DNA of 64,000 nucleotides from Chrysomallon squamiferum (GCA_012295275.1 CM022675.1:3162001-3226000); one strand, 5' to 3'; counted from the first letter of the stretch, positions 1-25,106 are shown. A program made the numbers and translations. Notes: generated from the letters alone by a model not told the origin.

Positions 1-59
1 TCCATCCATACATCCATATATTCGTACATGCACATACAGACACAGATGCATCCATCTAT

Positions 60-109
<50 letters not shown>

Positions 110-393
110 ATACAGAGAAACAGTCGTGGGGGTGGAGTTTTGAGGCTGCTACATCTGTTGTTGCTTTCTGTAGGTTTCTTTTTTCTGGTTCTGTTTATAT
201 CTTCCTTCTTTTTTGTCTACATGCTACATTTAACGTATACTTTCACTAGTTTGATAAATTCTTTTAGTTTATAACGGATTAATGTTTCGATAATTTAATA
301 AAAATACTTCTTTTTTTAAACGAACATAATTAAAAGTAAAAGATACAATAATTTTTTTTTTTAAATTGACAATAAAATATAGTTTTATTACAG

Positions 394-735
394 GGAGATA
401 AGTGCTACTGTCTTAGGTTTTGGAATCAGTTTTCACATCGATTTCTTCTCAGACAAAATAAAAGTGTTTGTTTGGGAAACTTCAATGAAAACTGTGGGAC
501 TGAAAACACAATGAGTGTTTATAAAATAGGTAACGTTTTACTTCCATTTGCTCATTAATATACAACATCTCCACATTTACTTCGTAAATTAGAGATCAGA
601 AATGATGGTGGTAACAAAACAAGACCCAACTGATATATGTCTTTTAAAATTTATCTGCCCGAGTATACACATATAGAAAAACAATTAATAAAATAACATT
701 GATTTGCTAATGGGCTAGATCTTTTGTACACTATA

Positions 736-790
<55 letters not shown>

Positions 791-3700
791 TACATATATT
801 TAAGAAAACTATGAGAAAAATACATATAGGATTTGTATTTACTCTCTCTGTCTCTCAATGATTTTTGTTAATATCAATTATAATTATATTCTATAGCTGT
901 TATTGCCACTCATACTACTAAAATTACCATTTAAGCAACTGCTACTATTACTACTACAACAACTACTACTATTACTACTTGTAATATAACTATTTCTACT
1001 GTTTCGAATCCTCCACGGTTACTATTATGTACATAATTTATTTATTTATTTTATTTTATTATGTTTTGTTTACAGATATAACTGTTCATTTGGATATTCA
1101 CGGTCTATGTGGATATGTTAAACAAAATCCGTACAGATTAATAATGAAAACAGAAGAGAACTGTGAGATAAAAAAAGGATTCATTTGTAACTGTGCGTTA
1201 ACAATTTTAATAAGCAGTTTACGCATAGACGCCATTTTACACATTCAAAGCCAGTTTTAAAGTGTTCGTATTTGAATACTTTAAAAATATTTTACGTTTT
1301 GAATATTTTCACTTATAGTATATGAATCTTCTTAACAAATATTTACACTTCTACCTGCAGAAACTGACCTGATTAATTAAAAAAAAATACAAGGAAGGTC
1401 GTATTAAGCGCAGTGATTCGGAATTTATCAACTATCAGTTTGTTGCTGTTGGGGATGTTTGTTTATATGTTTTCTTGTGGATAAACTTTTTTATATTCAG
1501 AATTTTCTCTGTTAACTTAAAACTGGACAAGATGAACGGGTATCAGTATTAATGAAAAGCGAAAAGTGAAAACTTTAGAATAAAAACTGGAAACAAAGGC
1601 TTGAAAACTGTGATAAAAGATGAAAAATCTGGCGAACTTTCAGAATGAAAAACGCAATAAAAAGAAATATTTCGATTCAAGCATCACATTCAACTGATAT
1701 GTCAATGGAAATCGAAATGAAAAATGATCGAACTTAGCTATAATTATAATCCTGTTGCTCTTAGTACCCATACTATTAAAACTTTAACTTTAACCCTCAC
1801 CTCCATCCATTTAGAAAACAGACAGTGCAGTGGTAGGTAAAATATATTCTTAGGTAATTCTTAAACGCAGCGTGCAAGTTCGCTGAAATGTTAATAAAGC
1901 TTTCAAATGCTACTAAGACATACAAGAAGATAAAATCAAGTTTTATCCAAAAATATTTTTAGGCATAACAACTATTTAAAAATTTTAAATTTTTTCCCTC
2001 ATTTTAGTAGTATATAAAATTCTGAAAAAAATAAAATAAAAATAATAATAAAAATAAAAAATAAATAAATAATAATAACAAAAATTATAAAAAACCCACC
2101 TAAAACCGTTAAGAATCACTGCATGAATTACATAATTTCACACGTATTTTTTACGTTCGGTTAACATTTAATACTGCTTATTGCTACGTACAATAATTTA
2201 AACATTTCTTTTTATCCCCTTCAGGTCCAGGACAGTTTTCTAATAACTCATGTTACAATCATGACATGACTAAGAGCTGGTTTTCATCTAATTCAAGCTG
2301 TGTTTTAGCAAAACCAAACACAAGTAACGCTGAAACAATAAGACAACATTTATGGCCTAAAGAAAAACTGTGGATTGGATTAAAACGTGATAAACTAATA
2401 GTCTGGATTGACAGTCATTTCAGTGAGTTATTTTGTTCAAGTTAAAACGAAGAGAAACATTGTTTTTGCTAGACTGTTTTTGTTAGTTTGACATTTTTTA
2501 TTTCTTCTTCTTATTATTTATTGCTGCTTTTATTTTTTATTTTTTAAATTTATTCTTTAGGGGATAGAAGGAACTACTTTTGATTATAGAATTTTAATTT
2601 TAGAAGATGAAACCCTGAACATAAACATTACACAAAATGGCTGCCTGTTGTTAGAAAAATTCTCAAACGGGAAAACTTCATTTTCATTTAGTAAATGTAG
2701 TGACATCCACTCTGCTATTTGTATTAATAGTAAGTATTATTTATTTATTTATATATCATAAACAAATATTTCTTAATTATTTTATATACTACTAAAATTT
2801 AATACCATAAAGAAGATAATGTCTGCAACAGACAACATTGTGTTAGTGCTAACCATCGAGTACTTGAAATCTGTTCCTGTTACATTTTTTGTTTTTTTTG
2901 TTTTTTGTTTTTTATATGAACACACAGATTAACTTTCTGTCATCACCTCCTGGATGTAAAATTTGTTTTTAATAATAATTATCCTCAAAGGTTTTCCGCT
3001 ACAGTTTTCGTCGAGAACCAACCTACCCCTTGTTACAGACAGACGGTTATTACACTTACGTTGTTAATTAATTGATGAAGCACTGGGTGAAACAAGCAAT
3101 AACCCACTGTGCTTTAAGGAACGTCTAACAGTTAAACAAATAATGGCAATCGCTAATGACAGTATGGTCAGTGTATGATAGATGTTTAAATATTATGGAT
3201 ACAATTATTTGGAAGAATGTGTTTACATATTTTGTATATTACAGATTCGAATTTTCGAACATCAAACATTCCAAGCAGTGAAACACATAAAACAAGTCCA
3301 GCTATTGATAACAATGTATTTTTAATCTTTGGATAATTCTATATTAAGAAATGAATAAAAATAGATGGATTGATGGACAGATAGGCGGACAGAAAAAGAC
3401 AGAGAGATACATATATACATATAGATACTGATTATAGATATATAGATAGATGTTTTTTTTTATTATTTGTTTTAACTGTTTTAATTTCTTTCTTTTTTCC
3501 TTTTTTGTTTTGTTTTGTTTTTCTGTTTTATAACTGTTTGTAACCCAGTTATGAACCTTTGGATTCATTCTATTCGAAATGTAGAGATATGATGATAATT
3601 TGGCAAATCGAATGAATAATGAAAATTTTTTTCTCGAAAAAACGCAATGCTTACACTTATCTAACAGATAAACTAAGAAATCTGCTTTTGATTATATTCA

Positions 3701-6700
3701 GATCAAGATCTGTTCAGAAAATTTGGGTCACATTTGTTAATACGTTGCTAAAACATTTCACTTCTTCTCATTCAAATTTGTTAGTTGCAAGTTCCTCTGA
3801 AATAACAACTTCAGATCTGAAGTCGCATGTGTCAGAAGAGTCTGGAAGGGAGACAACTCCGTTCAGTTCTGTAACAAGTAAAATAATTATTTCCTTTAAG
3901 AAATAGTTAAATAATTTCCTGAAATTAATAACAGATATTGATTAAACCACTGTAAGTGTAATTCAGCAAATACAAATAAATAACTTTTGAAATCTCAGAA
4001 ACAAAATTAAATGAAATACGGCAATATTTTTAAAATAACGTTTATACCGCTCGATTTTCGTAAAAAACTATGGTACTTTTATTTGCTCCTTCTTACAGAC
4101 AGATTATTCACACTTAAACTAAATAATTTATGAAGTACTGGATGAAACAAGCAATAACCCATTGTGCACTGACAGTTATATAAATAATTGTATGGTCAGT
4201 GTATAATAGTAAATTTACGTTGAAAATTATTTAAATATTTTCGATAAAACTATTTTTAAAAATGTAGTTATTTATTTTATATTTTAAGATTCCAATTTTG
4301 GAACATCAAACCTTCCAAGTCCAGGTATTAATACTAATGTATTTTCAATCTTTGGATAATTCTGTATTAAGAAATTTATAAATATAGATGCATGGGTCCA
4401 TTGATCGAGGGACGGACAGACACTGACAGATAGATGAATAGACGTACATACATACATACATACAAGAGATTATACATAGAAAAATATACGTTTTTCTTCT
4501 TTTTTCCACCTTTTGGCAATGTTGCTTGAACAAAAGTTAAGGATTTTTTTTTCAACTATTTTTTTTTTTTTCACGAGTTCTAAAGCAATTATAATCTCTT
4601 GAGTTCATTGTGATGACAAAATGGCATATTCGAGTAAAGGCCTGAAATATTTCTAAATAAAAGTTTTTTTTCCACACCAAAACGCACCGAGATAAACTAA
4701 GAAATCTACTTTTGATTATATTCACATCAATATCTGTTCAGAAAATGTGGACGTATTTCTTAAAACGTTGTTAAAACATTTGACTTAATCTCATTCACAT
4801 TTGTTAGTTCCTAGTTCCTCTGAAATAACAACTTCGAGAGAAGACAAAATACGTCAGAAGTCAACTGCGTCAGAAAAGTCTGGACGGGAGACAACTGCGT
4901 TCACTTCCGTACCAGGTACTAAAAAATCGTTTCCTTTCGAAAATACTTAGTTAATAATTTGTTTCAGTTCATAATTGCTGTTTTTGATTAATCATTATTA
5001 GTGTAATTTCAGAAATAGACAAAGAACATTTAAATTTAACAAAGAGAATTCTAACAAGATAAAAAAATATTAGATATGATTTATTATTATATTGAAATTA
5101 ATAATAGCAGAACTGTAGAAGTTGTTTTATTACTATAGTTCTTGTATTTGTAGTAATAGTAGAAATAGTTGCTGTTGTTGTTGCTAAAGTACTACTACTA
5201 AAATAAATTATATTAACTTTCTTGTTTTTATTGATGTTAGTAGTAGTGTTGCTATTGTTGTTAATAATATTATTTTAACAATCATCATCATTATAATTAT
5301 CATTACCATTACTACTATTATTATTTGTTTTGTTGTTGTTGTTAATGTTGTTATTTTTATTGTTGTTAATGTTGTTATTATTATAATTCTTTCATGTTGT
5401 CCTGTTATTATTATTATTATTTCATTGTTGTCCTGTTAATATTTTCATCGGTGTTGTAATTGTTATTATTAATACTGGTTTTATAACTGTTGTCATTAGT
5501 GCTATTATTGTTGTTGTTGTCGTTACTGTTGTTATTGTTGTTGCAGGTGCTGCAGTAACAAAAGCTCAGATTCTTAATAAAGATGAAAAACATGTAAAAT
5601 TATTACTATTTATTATTATTACTATTATTTATTTATTACTGTTATTACTATTATTATTTATTTATTTATTTATTACTATTACTACTATTATTTATTTATT
5701 TATTTATGTAGGTGTTGCTGTGGGTGTTTCTGTTACTCTAATTATACTCGTAGTTGGAGCTGTTGTTGTGACAGTTTGGATGAAAAGGTAAACATAAAAA
5801 CTTTCTTATTTTGTACTTTTCAAGCTTATTAAGATTCCACTTTTTTATTCTTATTTCTTGTTATTCAACTTTAACTGTTTCTACATGAAATACATTTGGT
5901 ATATTTGTTACATTATATCTATTTATGTGTTTGTTTTTGTTTATTCATTTGCTTTTTTGTTTATTTGCTATTATTTTTTGTTTGTTTGTTTCTTTATTTT
6001 CTTCAGATCACATAAATTTTGTTTCAAGACTAAACAAGAAAGCAGGAAGATTGGAAGAATCAGATCTGTGAATCAGCAAAACTTGTCAGATTACGATGAG
6101 ATCAAACCAGGAACTGATTCAAATTACGAGTTTGAAACTCTAACAGATGTTACCATGGCAACCAAGCCAAACTCCAGTGACTACGAACTGGCAAATGATC
6201 TGAATACAGTAAATGTTCAAACAAACTCCAGTGACTATGAACTAGCAACTGATGTGAATACAGCGAATGTTCAAACAAACTCCAGTGACTATGAACTAGC
6301 AACTGATGTGAATACAGCGAATGTTCAAACAAACTCCAGTGACTATGAACTAGCAAATGATGTGAATGCAGCAAATGTTCAAACAAACTCCAGTGACTAT
6401 GAACTAGCAAATGATCTGAATGCAGCAAATGTTCAAACAAACTCCAGTGACTATGAACTAGCAACTGATGTGAACGCAGCATTTGCTCAAACAAACAACA
6501 GCTGCAACAACAACATTGATGATGACGGTTACAATGTCCTGAATGACAGTCATATAAACAAGAATGTCAACTACAGTCACACTGACAGCAACGTTGAAGG
6601 TGATTATGATACAGCTGACTCAAAACCAAAGTCCATGTCTACTCATGACAAAACATACAACCACATCGGAGACGTCATGGAAGGTGATTACGATACAACA

Positions 6701-6847
6701 GCACCAAAGTCGACATCTTCTCGTGATGAGACGTACAACCACATCGCTGCTGTGAACGAAGACGACTACAACATCGCTGACATGGATCTGAAAAATGCTG
6801 ACTACACCAGTGATGATTATAACCACCTTGATTCTTTGAGAGGCTGA
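394..6847 (+). CDS. Receptor A: CTLD/WSC type I membrane protein with long Tyr-rich tail (5' end lies outside the window)
   Basis: GT-AG exons with consistent phase: 394-529 (WSC C-half, GDKCYC...CLGNFNENCGTENTMSVYK), 1076-1192 (CTLD1 C-half), 2225-2422 (CTLD2 N-half, SCYNH..SWFSSNSSC..LWIGL), 2604-2729 (CTLD2 C-half), stalk exons 3785-3877, 4289-4324, 4808-4915 (plus an uncertain one at ~3245), TM 5712-5787 (VAVGVSVTLIILVVGAVVVTVWMKR), tail 6007-6847. No stop codon found in these exons. Confidence 0.8.
3030..5100 (+). repeat. Tandem duplication (~1.04 kb x2) of a two-exon Ser/Thr stalk module in gene A
   Basis: Matching intron and exon blocks, e.g. 'gatgaagcactgggtgaaacaagcaataaccca' ~3073 versus ~4130; exon 3245 versus 4289; exon 3785 versus 4808. 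Paralog E has only one module. Confidence 0.8.
6170..6493 (+). repeat. Coding minisatellite, 6 x 54 bp (18 aa, NSSDYELA[N/T]D[L/V]N[T/A]xNVQT), in the gene A tail
   Basis: The 'aactccagtgacta' anchor recurs every 54 nt from 6170; six units are visible in the translated ORF. Confidence 0.95.
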
Positions 6848-7789
6848 TTATGTTAATAAGTCTGTGTTCTTTTGTCATTTCTTGATTTCAAAGGAAGAAT
6901 AAATGTTGTATAATTTGTAATATATGATTACATGGTGAGATACAAGTGGTGAAGGAACATAGAAAAAAGAAGAGGAAAACTGATGTTATCAGAGCATGGA
7001 CTACTCTTTTTGTTATTAACAAGATGTAACCCTCTCACAGACAGGACAGGCTACTGGCTATTTTTCATCCTGCATATAGGTAGACTTTGTGTATATAACT
7101 GGCATAAAATTATTGTTGTTTATATCAAATTTACCCTTACAATTCTCATATAAACATCAGCCAAGTTAACAAAATGATTTGAAAATATAAACCATAGCCA
7201 ATATGTCTCTGGCTGCTTTGTATATAATTTCTATTATGAATTTATATCCATTTTATAAAAGAGTCACAATATTATTAAATAGAAAGTTATTACAATTAAT
7301 GAAAGGTAAAGAATCAGAGAAGTCTAATACCAAACATTTTTATTTTAAAACTAAAAACAATTTAAAAATATTATATAATATCAGATTCTGATAAATTAAG
7401 ATACTGTCAGAACTGTGTAAAGTTTCTAACTTTTGACAATCATTTGTAACTCAATCGATTAACAATTTTGTATTATTGTAACTTTATACACTTTGATAAC
7501 TTCAATATCAATCATCTCAAAAATTAAGTTCTGTGTTTTAGACCAAACTGATTGTAAGCCCTTTTTATATTGTTACTTTAATTAAAAAATGATTACATAT
7601 TTTTATATTAAGAATAAAATATTTTTTCAAGAAATATTTTGTTTTATATTTTTAATAACAATCCTTTGAATATTAATGTTGCTAAAATTGCCTACCATGA
7701 TATATTTAACTTTGTAAAGAACACAAGCTTATTTCATACTAAACTTGCTGAAATTGCATAGCATAATTTATTATATATTATGTCTGAAG

Positions 7790-8050
7790 AAATATATGGA
7801 ATATTTGCTGACATTAAAAATATTTGGTTAAAACTATTGGCTATGTTTATACACCATTTCAGTACTTACAAAATTATGATTGCAGAAATAAATAAAATCC
7901 TTGGAGATATTAAAAATATTTGAATACAAAATATTGGTTATGTTAATACACCATTTTAACACTTTTAATATGATGATTGTAGAAATAAATAAAATATTTG
8001 GAGATATTAAAATATTAGGTTAGATAAAATTGGTTACGTTAATACATGTA
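7790..8050. repeat. Imperfect ~97-bp tandem repeat (~2.5 copies)
   Basis: 'attaaaaatatttg...attggntatgtt..tacaccattt...tgattg.agaaataaataaaat' recurs at ~7811, ~7906 and ~8004. Confidence 0.6.
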
Positions 8051-9339
8051 CAGCAATGAAATTCTGCTGACAACATACTTAGAACAACATGAATTGAAAA
8101 TCAGACAAAAACAATATTAACAATTCCCTGAGTGAACTCTTTACACAACACTTACAAAGAAAGATTAAAATAAACAAAAAACATCAGAAGAGTTAGCTGC
8201 CCTTCCAAGCAGAATACATTGTGCATAATATATATTTAAAATTATAAAATTATCACAAAATATTATGAAGCAGTAGAAGAAAAATAACAAAAATTAAGAA
8301 AGAATAATAATAACAACAACAGTAACAACAACAACAACAACAACAACAACAATAATAATAGTTATTATAATTTGCTATAATATTATTCATTTTCATTGTT
8401 AAAATGTTTCAGCATTTGAATTTGAATAAAGAACACAGTTAAATATTTACAGCTGTCACAGACACAGGAAGAACGATTGTGTAAGTGGATTAGTCCAGTG
8501 ACAAAGTAATATCATCAATGTCTAGTAAAAAACCTGCCTACAGAACAACTCAGAAATGTTTTATTTGTGAATGTTAAAAATATCAGCTTCAACAATAATG
8601 AAAACAACCCTTTTTTTCTTCCTTTATTTTATCTTTTTTTTTAAATATTGGAAGGAAAACAAATTAAAATAAAACACTATCATTTATTAACACTATTGCT
8701 AACAAGAGTAGAACTATCGTCTGTTTAATATTTGTAAAATCTTAGTATTACGGAGATTTTACGACTAAATATCGATAATAATAATAATAATAATTATAAT
8801 AATAATAATAATAATAATAACAATAATAATAATAATAATAATAATTTGAGAAGCACAGTAAAACATAAGTCTCACGTCTTTTTAAACAGATGGTGTATAA
8901 GCATTGTGAATTTCTATGTGGAGAAGTAATTTATTATTAGAAGATATTTATCACAAATAATTAGCGACAATCAGTTTAATTTAGAAACATCATAACCATA
9001 TCCTGTACATAAATGAATCAGCGTACTTCTACACTTTTTCTATCTTGCTTAAAATAAATAAACAATTAGTAAGTAAATAAGTAAGTAACCCCTAAAAGTA
9101 ATGTTTATTTGTAAAAAAAAGAAAATAATAATAATAAAAAGTAAGAACAAAGAAATAATAATAACAAATGTTTTTGAAACTGTTGTTTGTTTTCAAGTTA
9201 ATTCTCAAATAATGTTAAAAATCTGCATTTTGATACCCATAGAGTCGTAATGAAATTATTTATATATTTTGAAACATTTGGTGGCTTTACAATTTACAAT
9301 TTTGATTATTATTAAAACACAGTGCCATGCAAATAATTT

Positions 9340-9388
<49 letters not shown>

Positions 9389-9568
9389 TTTTCTTAAAGT
9401 AACTTTCTGCAGCTTCTCCAAAGGTGATAAAAGCAGCACGAAACTAAATGATGTTCATAATGGTTTTTTTATTTAAATTATTCTAGATGTCATACTTGCA
9501 TTGAACGCACATCTGTATTAATTAATTAATAATGTCCTTTTTCAATTTAATTTGATTTATTTGTTTTT

Positions 9569-9599
<31 letters not shown>

Positions 9600-10673
9600 T
9601 TTTATTTTATTTTTTTTTTTTTTTTTTTTCACACAAGAGATAACTATATTTATGGCATTTATTCATTCATTTATTTATTTATGTGTATAGGGGTGTGAAA
9701 TATGTAAGTTTATTCCATTATATCGTAATTTCAAATCAGATTAGCATTCTTCATTAGGACAAATTTTGTAAAGGTATATCACATTAATTTAGATGTTTTC
9801 TTACAAGAATAGTGATGATGTGAACGAATATAAAGTTATATTTAAATAGTCAACAAAGGTTAAAACCACAGAACTCTACTACTATACAAAATCATACACA
9901 CAATCCAGCCATATTTATTCGTGTGTGTGTGTGTGTGTTTGATTTGCTCTGTAAATTCGATATGTATGTGTTTCTGTGTATCTGATGTATGGACGTATTT
10001 GTATGTCTGTACACAGTGTTTCAGTGTATTTGTTTTATGTATTTTCATGAATGTTTGACTGTATGTGTTATGTAGAGTGTCTGTGTGTAACTGGTTTACG
10101 AGTGAATTTTCTGATGTCTTTTCTACGACTACTGGATCCTGAAAACAGACAATGTTCGGAAGTACACTTATGTCATTAAAAAATCTGATGCGATGTAAAC
10201 ATACGTCACCAAATCCTTCCCACCCTGAACAAGGACTAGTGTGTATATATATATATATATATATTTATTTATTTATTTAAAATATATCGGAATATATGAA
10301 CAAATGAAATAGATATATTCTGCATAGATCAAAGTGACTGTTTCTTTCCTTTTTACTTCTTTGCACATACACACGCACATATGTACACACACACACGTTT
10401 TTTAATAATTATTATTGTTTTTATTGTTGTTAAAGTGTACAAGTGAATAAAAAGTCTAAATTCCTTTTACACTATTTAAAATAATTACAAAAATACATGG
10501 CAGGCCTTTATGCAATAAATGTTAAATTAATTTGATTAATCTGTGTTTCAGCAACTTGCTGAATATGATTTTAAAAATGTGTGTATATATTTGTGCAGAC
10601 TATGCACTACACTTTTCAAAGTTTTATTTTAACTAGCAGATCGAGTATATCACTCACTGAAAGTTTATTTGTT

Positions 10674-21234
<10,561 letters not shown>

Positions 21235-21735
21235 GACACCCTGCTAGCTGTACAAGGAAGTAAAACATCTATTTTTAACAACACCTGTTTTTCCAGAAGA
21301 CTGATTTTGTAAAATGATATAAGCAGAAAACTCCAGTGATATATGAAACTCCTGTTAAACAGAGGTCTGAGTGTAAAACATTTTTATTGTTTATAATCTT
21401 ACATCAGACTTTGTACATTAAAAACTTTTATCTTTAATAAATCAGAAGGTGTGATAAACAGAGTGTGTCCATTGTCCTAGCAAGATAATAACTAACACAT
21501 CAAAAACTGTATATGAAGAATCAAAATAGTAGAATTATTTAATAATAAAAACAATAATAATACTACTGTAATACTACTAGAGAGCCAATAATGTATGAAT
21601 GTGTTTGTGTGTGTCTATGTGCATGTATATTGATATATATATATATATATATGTCTATGATAAAGAATATACTTCATTATATGCTTCTTTATATTTTAAA
21701 TTTAAGTTAAATATTAAACAAAAGTCATAACTTAC

Positions 21736-22134
21736 ATTGCAGCAACATCACCAAGTTGACCTGCAAATGACCCAAACTGATGTCCACAGTAACAATGAGC
21801 AGCAGTCCGTGATCCTGGCAAAATTTTATTTCCACTGAAATACTGGACAAAGTCAGGTCTGTTTATTTCTGTTGTTGAAATTCCCAGCAAATCCATCACA
21901 GACTCAGACACTACAACAAGTTGAGGATTTTTTACAGGAGTCGGTTTGACCCAAGAGAAACACGCTCCTCTGACTTGTCTAACATAGTTATCTTCTTCAG
22001 AATCAATCGGGAGACTTCGCAGAACAAGATTATCAAAGTTTAATGTTTCAAGATTTGACATAGTGCAGCAGTTTTTCAAAATATAACCAAAAGGTGCATA
22101 TCTGGAGAAAGACATAAAATTTCTTATCTTCATC
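21736..22134 (-). pseudogene. SELENOO: Selenoprotein O (protein adenylyltransferase SelO) first coding exon, orphan 5' fragment, copy 1
   Basis: Translation LNFDNLVLRSLPID...VRGACFSWVKPTPVKNPQLV...FSGNKILPGSRTAAHCYCGHQFGSFAGQLGDVAAM matches the SelO N-terminus. It has an acceptor (tttcag) and a donor (AT|gtaagt). The conserved GDG is changed to GDV, and no further SelO exon lies before gene B. Confidence 0.9.
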
Positions 22135-22479
22135 CTGAAAGGAAAATACATAGATTAATTTTCCATTACTGATGTGTATTATTAGTCAAGAAATTAAACT
22201 TTTTCTTAAATTCAAACAGTAAGAATGAATAATATGGAATGGAATTTCATAAACTGTATTTCTTTTTTGTTTTTTTCTTTAGTTTGTAACTATAATTTCT
22301 TTTATTTCTTTTTTTTTTTTTTTACATACACTTTGACACACATTTCTACAAAGAAATAATTAGTAATTCAAGTTATCAACAAACATTAAAGACCATAATC
22401 AGGTAATATGTACTTAATGTTTTGTCAATAATAATAATAATAATAAAAGTTTAAGGACTGTAATTATACAATATAATTA

Positions 22480-23040
22480 TAATGATAATTAACAGTCAGC
22501 TAGTTACATCATTCCAAATGTATACAAATTTATTAGTACTGAATTATTATTTATTTTTGTTTTATTTTATTATTATTTTTCTCGCTCTTGCACACCGCAC
22601 TGCCTCACAGTGAAGTAATGCGAGGATCAGACGAGACATTCGAGCGAATGTTTAAAAGATTGTAACATTCGATAAATATTAAAATAAAAAAAATAAATCA
22701 CAAAAAAAGATTAACATTTATCCAGTCACCTGTGATGATCTGTCAAAGGTGACAAAAACTAAGAATTAAAAATTAAACAAACCTTAGAAGTTTGATTTTG
22801 CCGGTCGTAATCTAAACATTATAAACAGGAAGTGATATATTAAGATGTATTTTCTACAATCAACTTCGAAGCATCGAATCACAAAAGTAAGAAAGGGTTT
22901 GTTGAATTGTGAAATGATAATGTATTTGAATTTTTGCACACACACAAAAAAAAATCTTGTTTAGAAAGAGTCCGCCCTGTTTATTTACCCTGACGAATGG
23001 AACAGCTTTTAATGTTAAAGTAATTTTTCTTTTATATTTT
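22480..23040 (-). promoter_or_regulatory. Putative SelO promoter and non-coding first exon, copy 1 (duplicated at ~53780-54330)
   Basis: Non-coding block conserved between the two SelO copies, with an ETS-like ACAGGAAGTG (~22825), a GC-box-like CCGCCC (~22972) and minus-strand donor-like sites (cag|gtgact, aag|gtttgt). Confidence 0.4.
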
Positions 23041-23308
23041 CAAAAAATTTAAGACAAAGTCTATACATGTCATTTGTAGGTTCCACAAAATACATAAACT
23101 TTAATATTTGTATATCTATGAATGCATTAATGCATTAAAACAAATAAACAACTATATGTTGTTGTTGTACTTAATATTTTGGAGCTGTTGTTGTTGTTGC
23201 TACTGTTGTCATTATTACAGTCTAAAAGATCAAACTGACTGCGGTTTTTGTTTTCTTTTTTCTGTTTTCTTGTTAAGCACACAGGCACACAGACACACAC
23301 ACACACAC

Positions 23309-23364
<56 letters not shown>

Positions 23365-24854
23365 TAATTTTGTGATACTGTTACAAAGAATTTAAAAAGA
23401 TATTCGGTTGAGATATGATTAAATATCTTTAGTGCACGATTTTGATTTTTTCCTATTGCAGCCAGTTCCTCTATATTTTGTGTATATTTATCAAATGATG
23501 TCAAATATTGTCCTGTTTGTGGTACAGTGTCTGTAAAATAAAATCTTCCTTTTACTTGTAGTGATGACAGTGAGTTTGTCTTCAGTCATTCAAAAATAAA
23601 AATACATTAAATGTTACTCTGTCAGGAAATAAAATAATAAGTGATAATTCACTTTAATTAGAAACACTAGTGAGTTATTTAAAATTTTAATATTTTTAAT
23701 ATTTTTATTATTTTATTTGTTTTAACTGTAATTATGAAATTAAAAATATCCTTAAGATTAGTTCCTCAGTTACGTTTTTCTTCACTCAGTACATAAATAG
23801 GCCAAGATCTGGAATACTTGAAAAAGGGTATTACATAAAAAATAAAAAATAAAAAATACAACAACAACACAATCATTATTCTTATTGTAATCAATTCTTA
23901 ATTAATAGAACAAGAACATTTAAAATATATTACTTTCATTAATATTAAACTAGTCTAAGCTGGCAGGGGCGATAATGGCCAAAGAGAATTAACCCTAATT
24001 GACTGGCAGAAACCGGTCTTTTCCATTCGAGCTCTATTTCAGGCACGATGGGAAATAATTCCCACCCACCCAGCACAAAAATATAAATGTAGTATACATA
24101 ATACTGCACTCGATTTAAAAAATTAAAAAACATTAACATTTAATTTTGCTATAATACAAATAGTTTAATGGGGTCAGGTAATTTCATTTGTAACACTGAT
24201 GGCGGGACCCCCGGGGGACGTCTACAGAGCTAAGGTTCACCTGGTCCAGGTAGTAGCTTCCACCTACTGAACTGTAGGGGAACAGGTTATTTACCAAAAG
24301 ATTCACTGGCGTCTACCACAAGAATCCGCTCCACCTTCGGGGCCGAAGGGGAGTGAGTGGTTCAGTCCATCTACACTTTTACCATGGGGGCAGGTAAGCT
24401 AATGTAGATAATATACTTGATCTTCATGGCCGAAGACGAATTACGACCTCCTACAAATTTTACCGAGGGAGCTGGTTTAATTAGGGCAATTTAGATTGGG
24501 AACCTTGGCTCTTGTCCACTCTCTGATTAAAAGACGAGGAGGGGATAAGCAGCCAACCATTTATATCATCAAACGTCCCACTCGTACATGGTTGTGTAAA
24601 TAAATATATATATGTGTTATCGTTTATGCTGTTGTTTTATCTGTTTTTTCTAATAATAAAAATATTCGCTAACGTGTTTATTTCCAAAGACAAGATAGTG
24701 CCTACCATACTTTACAATCTAAGACTAGTGTCTTTTCATATCCATTTTTTATTTTCGTTTAAAATGTATTTGAATATATGAACAAGTGAAATAAATATAC
24801 TGTGTATATTTCAAACATTGTTTCTTTCTTTTTCCTTTTTAGTTCTTTGCACAG

Positions 24855-24892
<38 letters not shown>

Positions 24893-25106
24893 TTTATTTA
24901 TTATTATTATTTTTCTTAAAAAGTATACAAGTGAATAAATATTCTAAATTCCTTTTACATTATTTGAAATAATTACACAAATACATGGTAGTCCTTTAGG
25001 CAATAAATGTTAAATTAATTTGATTAATTAGTATATTGCTGACAACGTAGTAGAGAGTAAAAGTTTTATTTTAACTAGCAGATCGAGTATTTCACTCGGT
25101 GAAAGA

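Noticed and set aside
28-249. Many 60-140 aa ORFs rich in HT, LS, IYLF, CV or poly-I/N (e.g. 13063-13645, 15015-15371, 26189-26850, 55624-56225)
   Set aside because: These are translations of microsatellites with no coding signal.
5547-5593. Possible additional stalk exon before the TM of gene A (and 36135-36151 in E)
   Set aside because: The lengths (47 and 17 nt) break the phase-1 frame, so they cannot be supported without cDNA.
5858-6006. Hydrophobic N-terminus of the 329-aa ORF as a TM or signal segment
   Set aside because: It is T-rich intron read-through. The real exon starts at the acceptor at 6007 and the TM is encoded at 5712-5787.
6150-6494. Antisense repeat ORF (HSHQLLVHSHWSLFE)n, and a superficially CRISPR-like periodicity
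   Set aside because: It is the shadow of the 54-bp coding repeat. There are no unique spacers and the context is eukaryotic.
9670-9920. Short pieces similar to receptor intron sequence (~61800-61890 and ~17100) in the A/B intergenic region
   Set aside because: No exon is attached; probably a small dispersed repeat or rearrangement debris.
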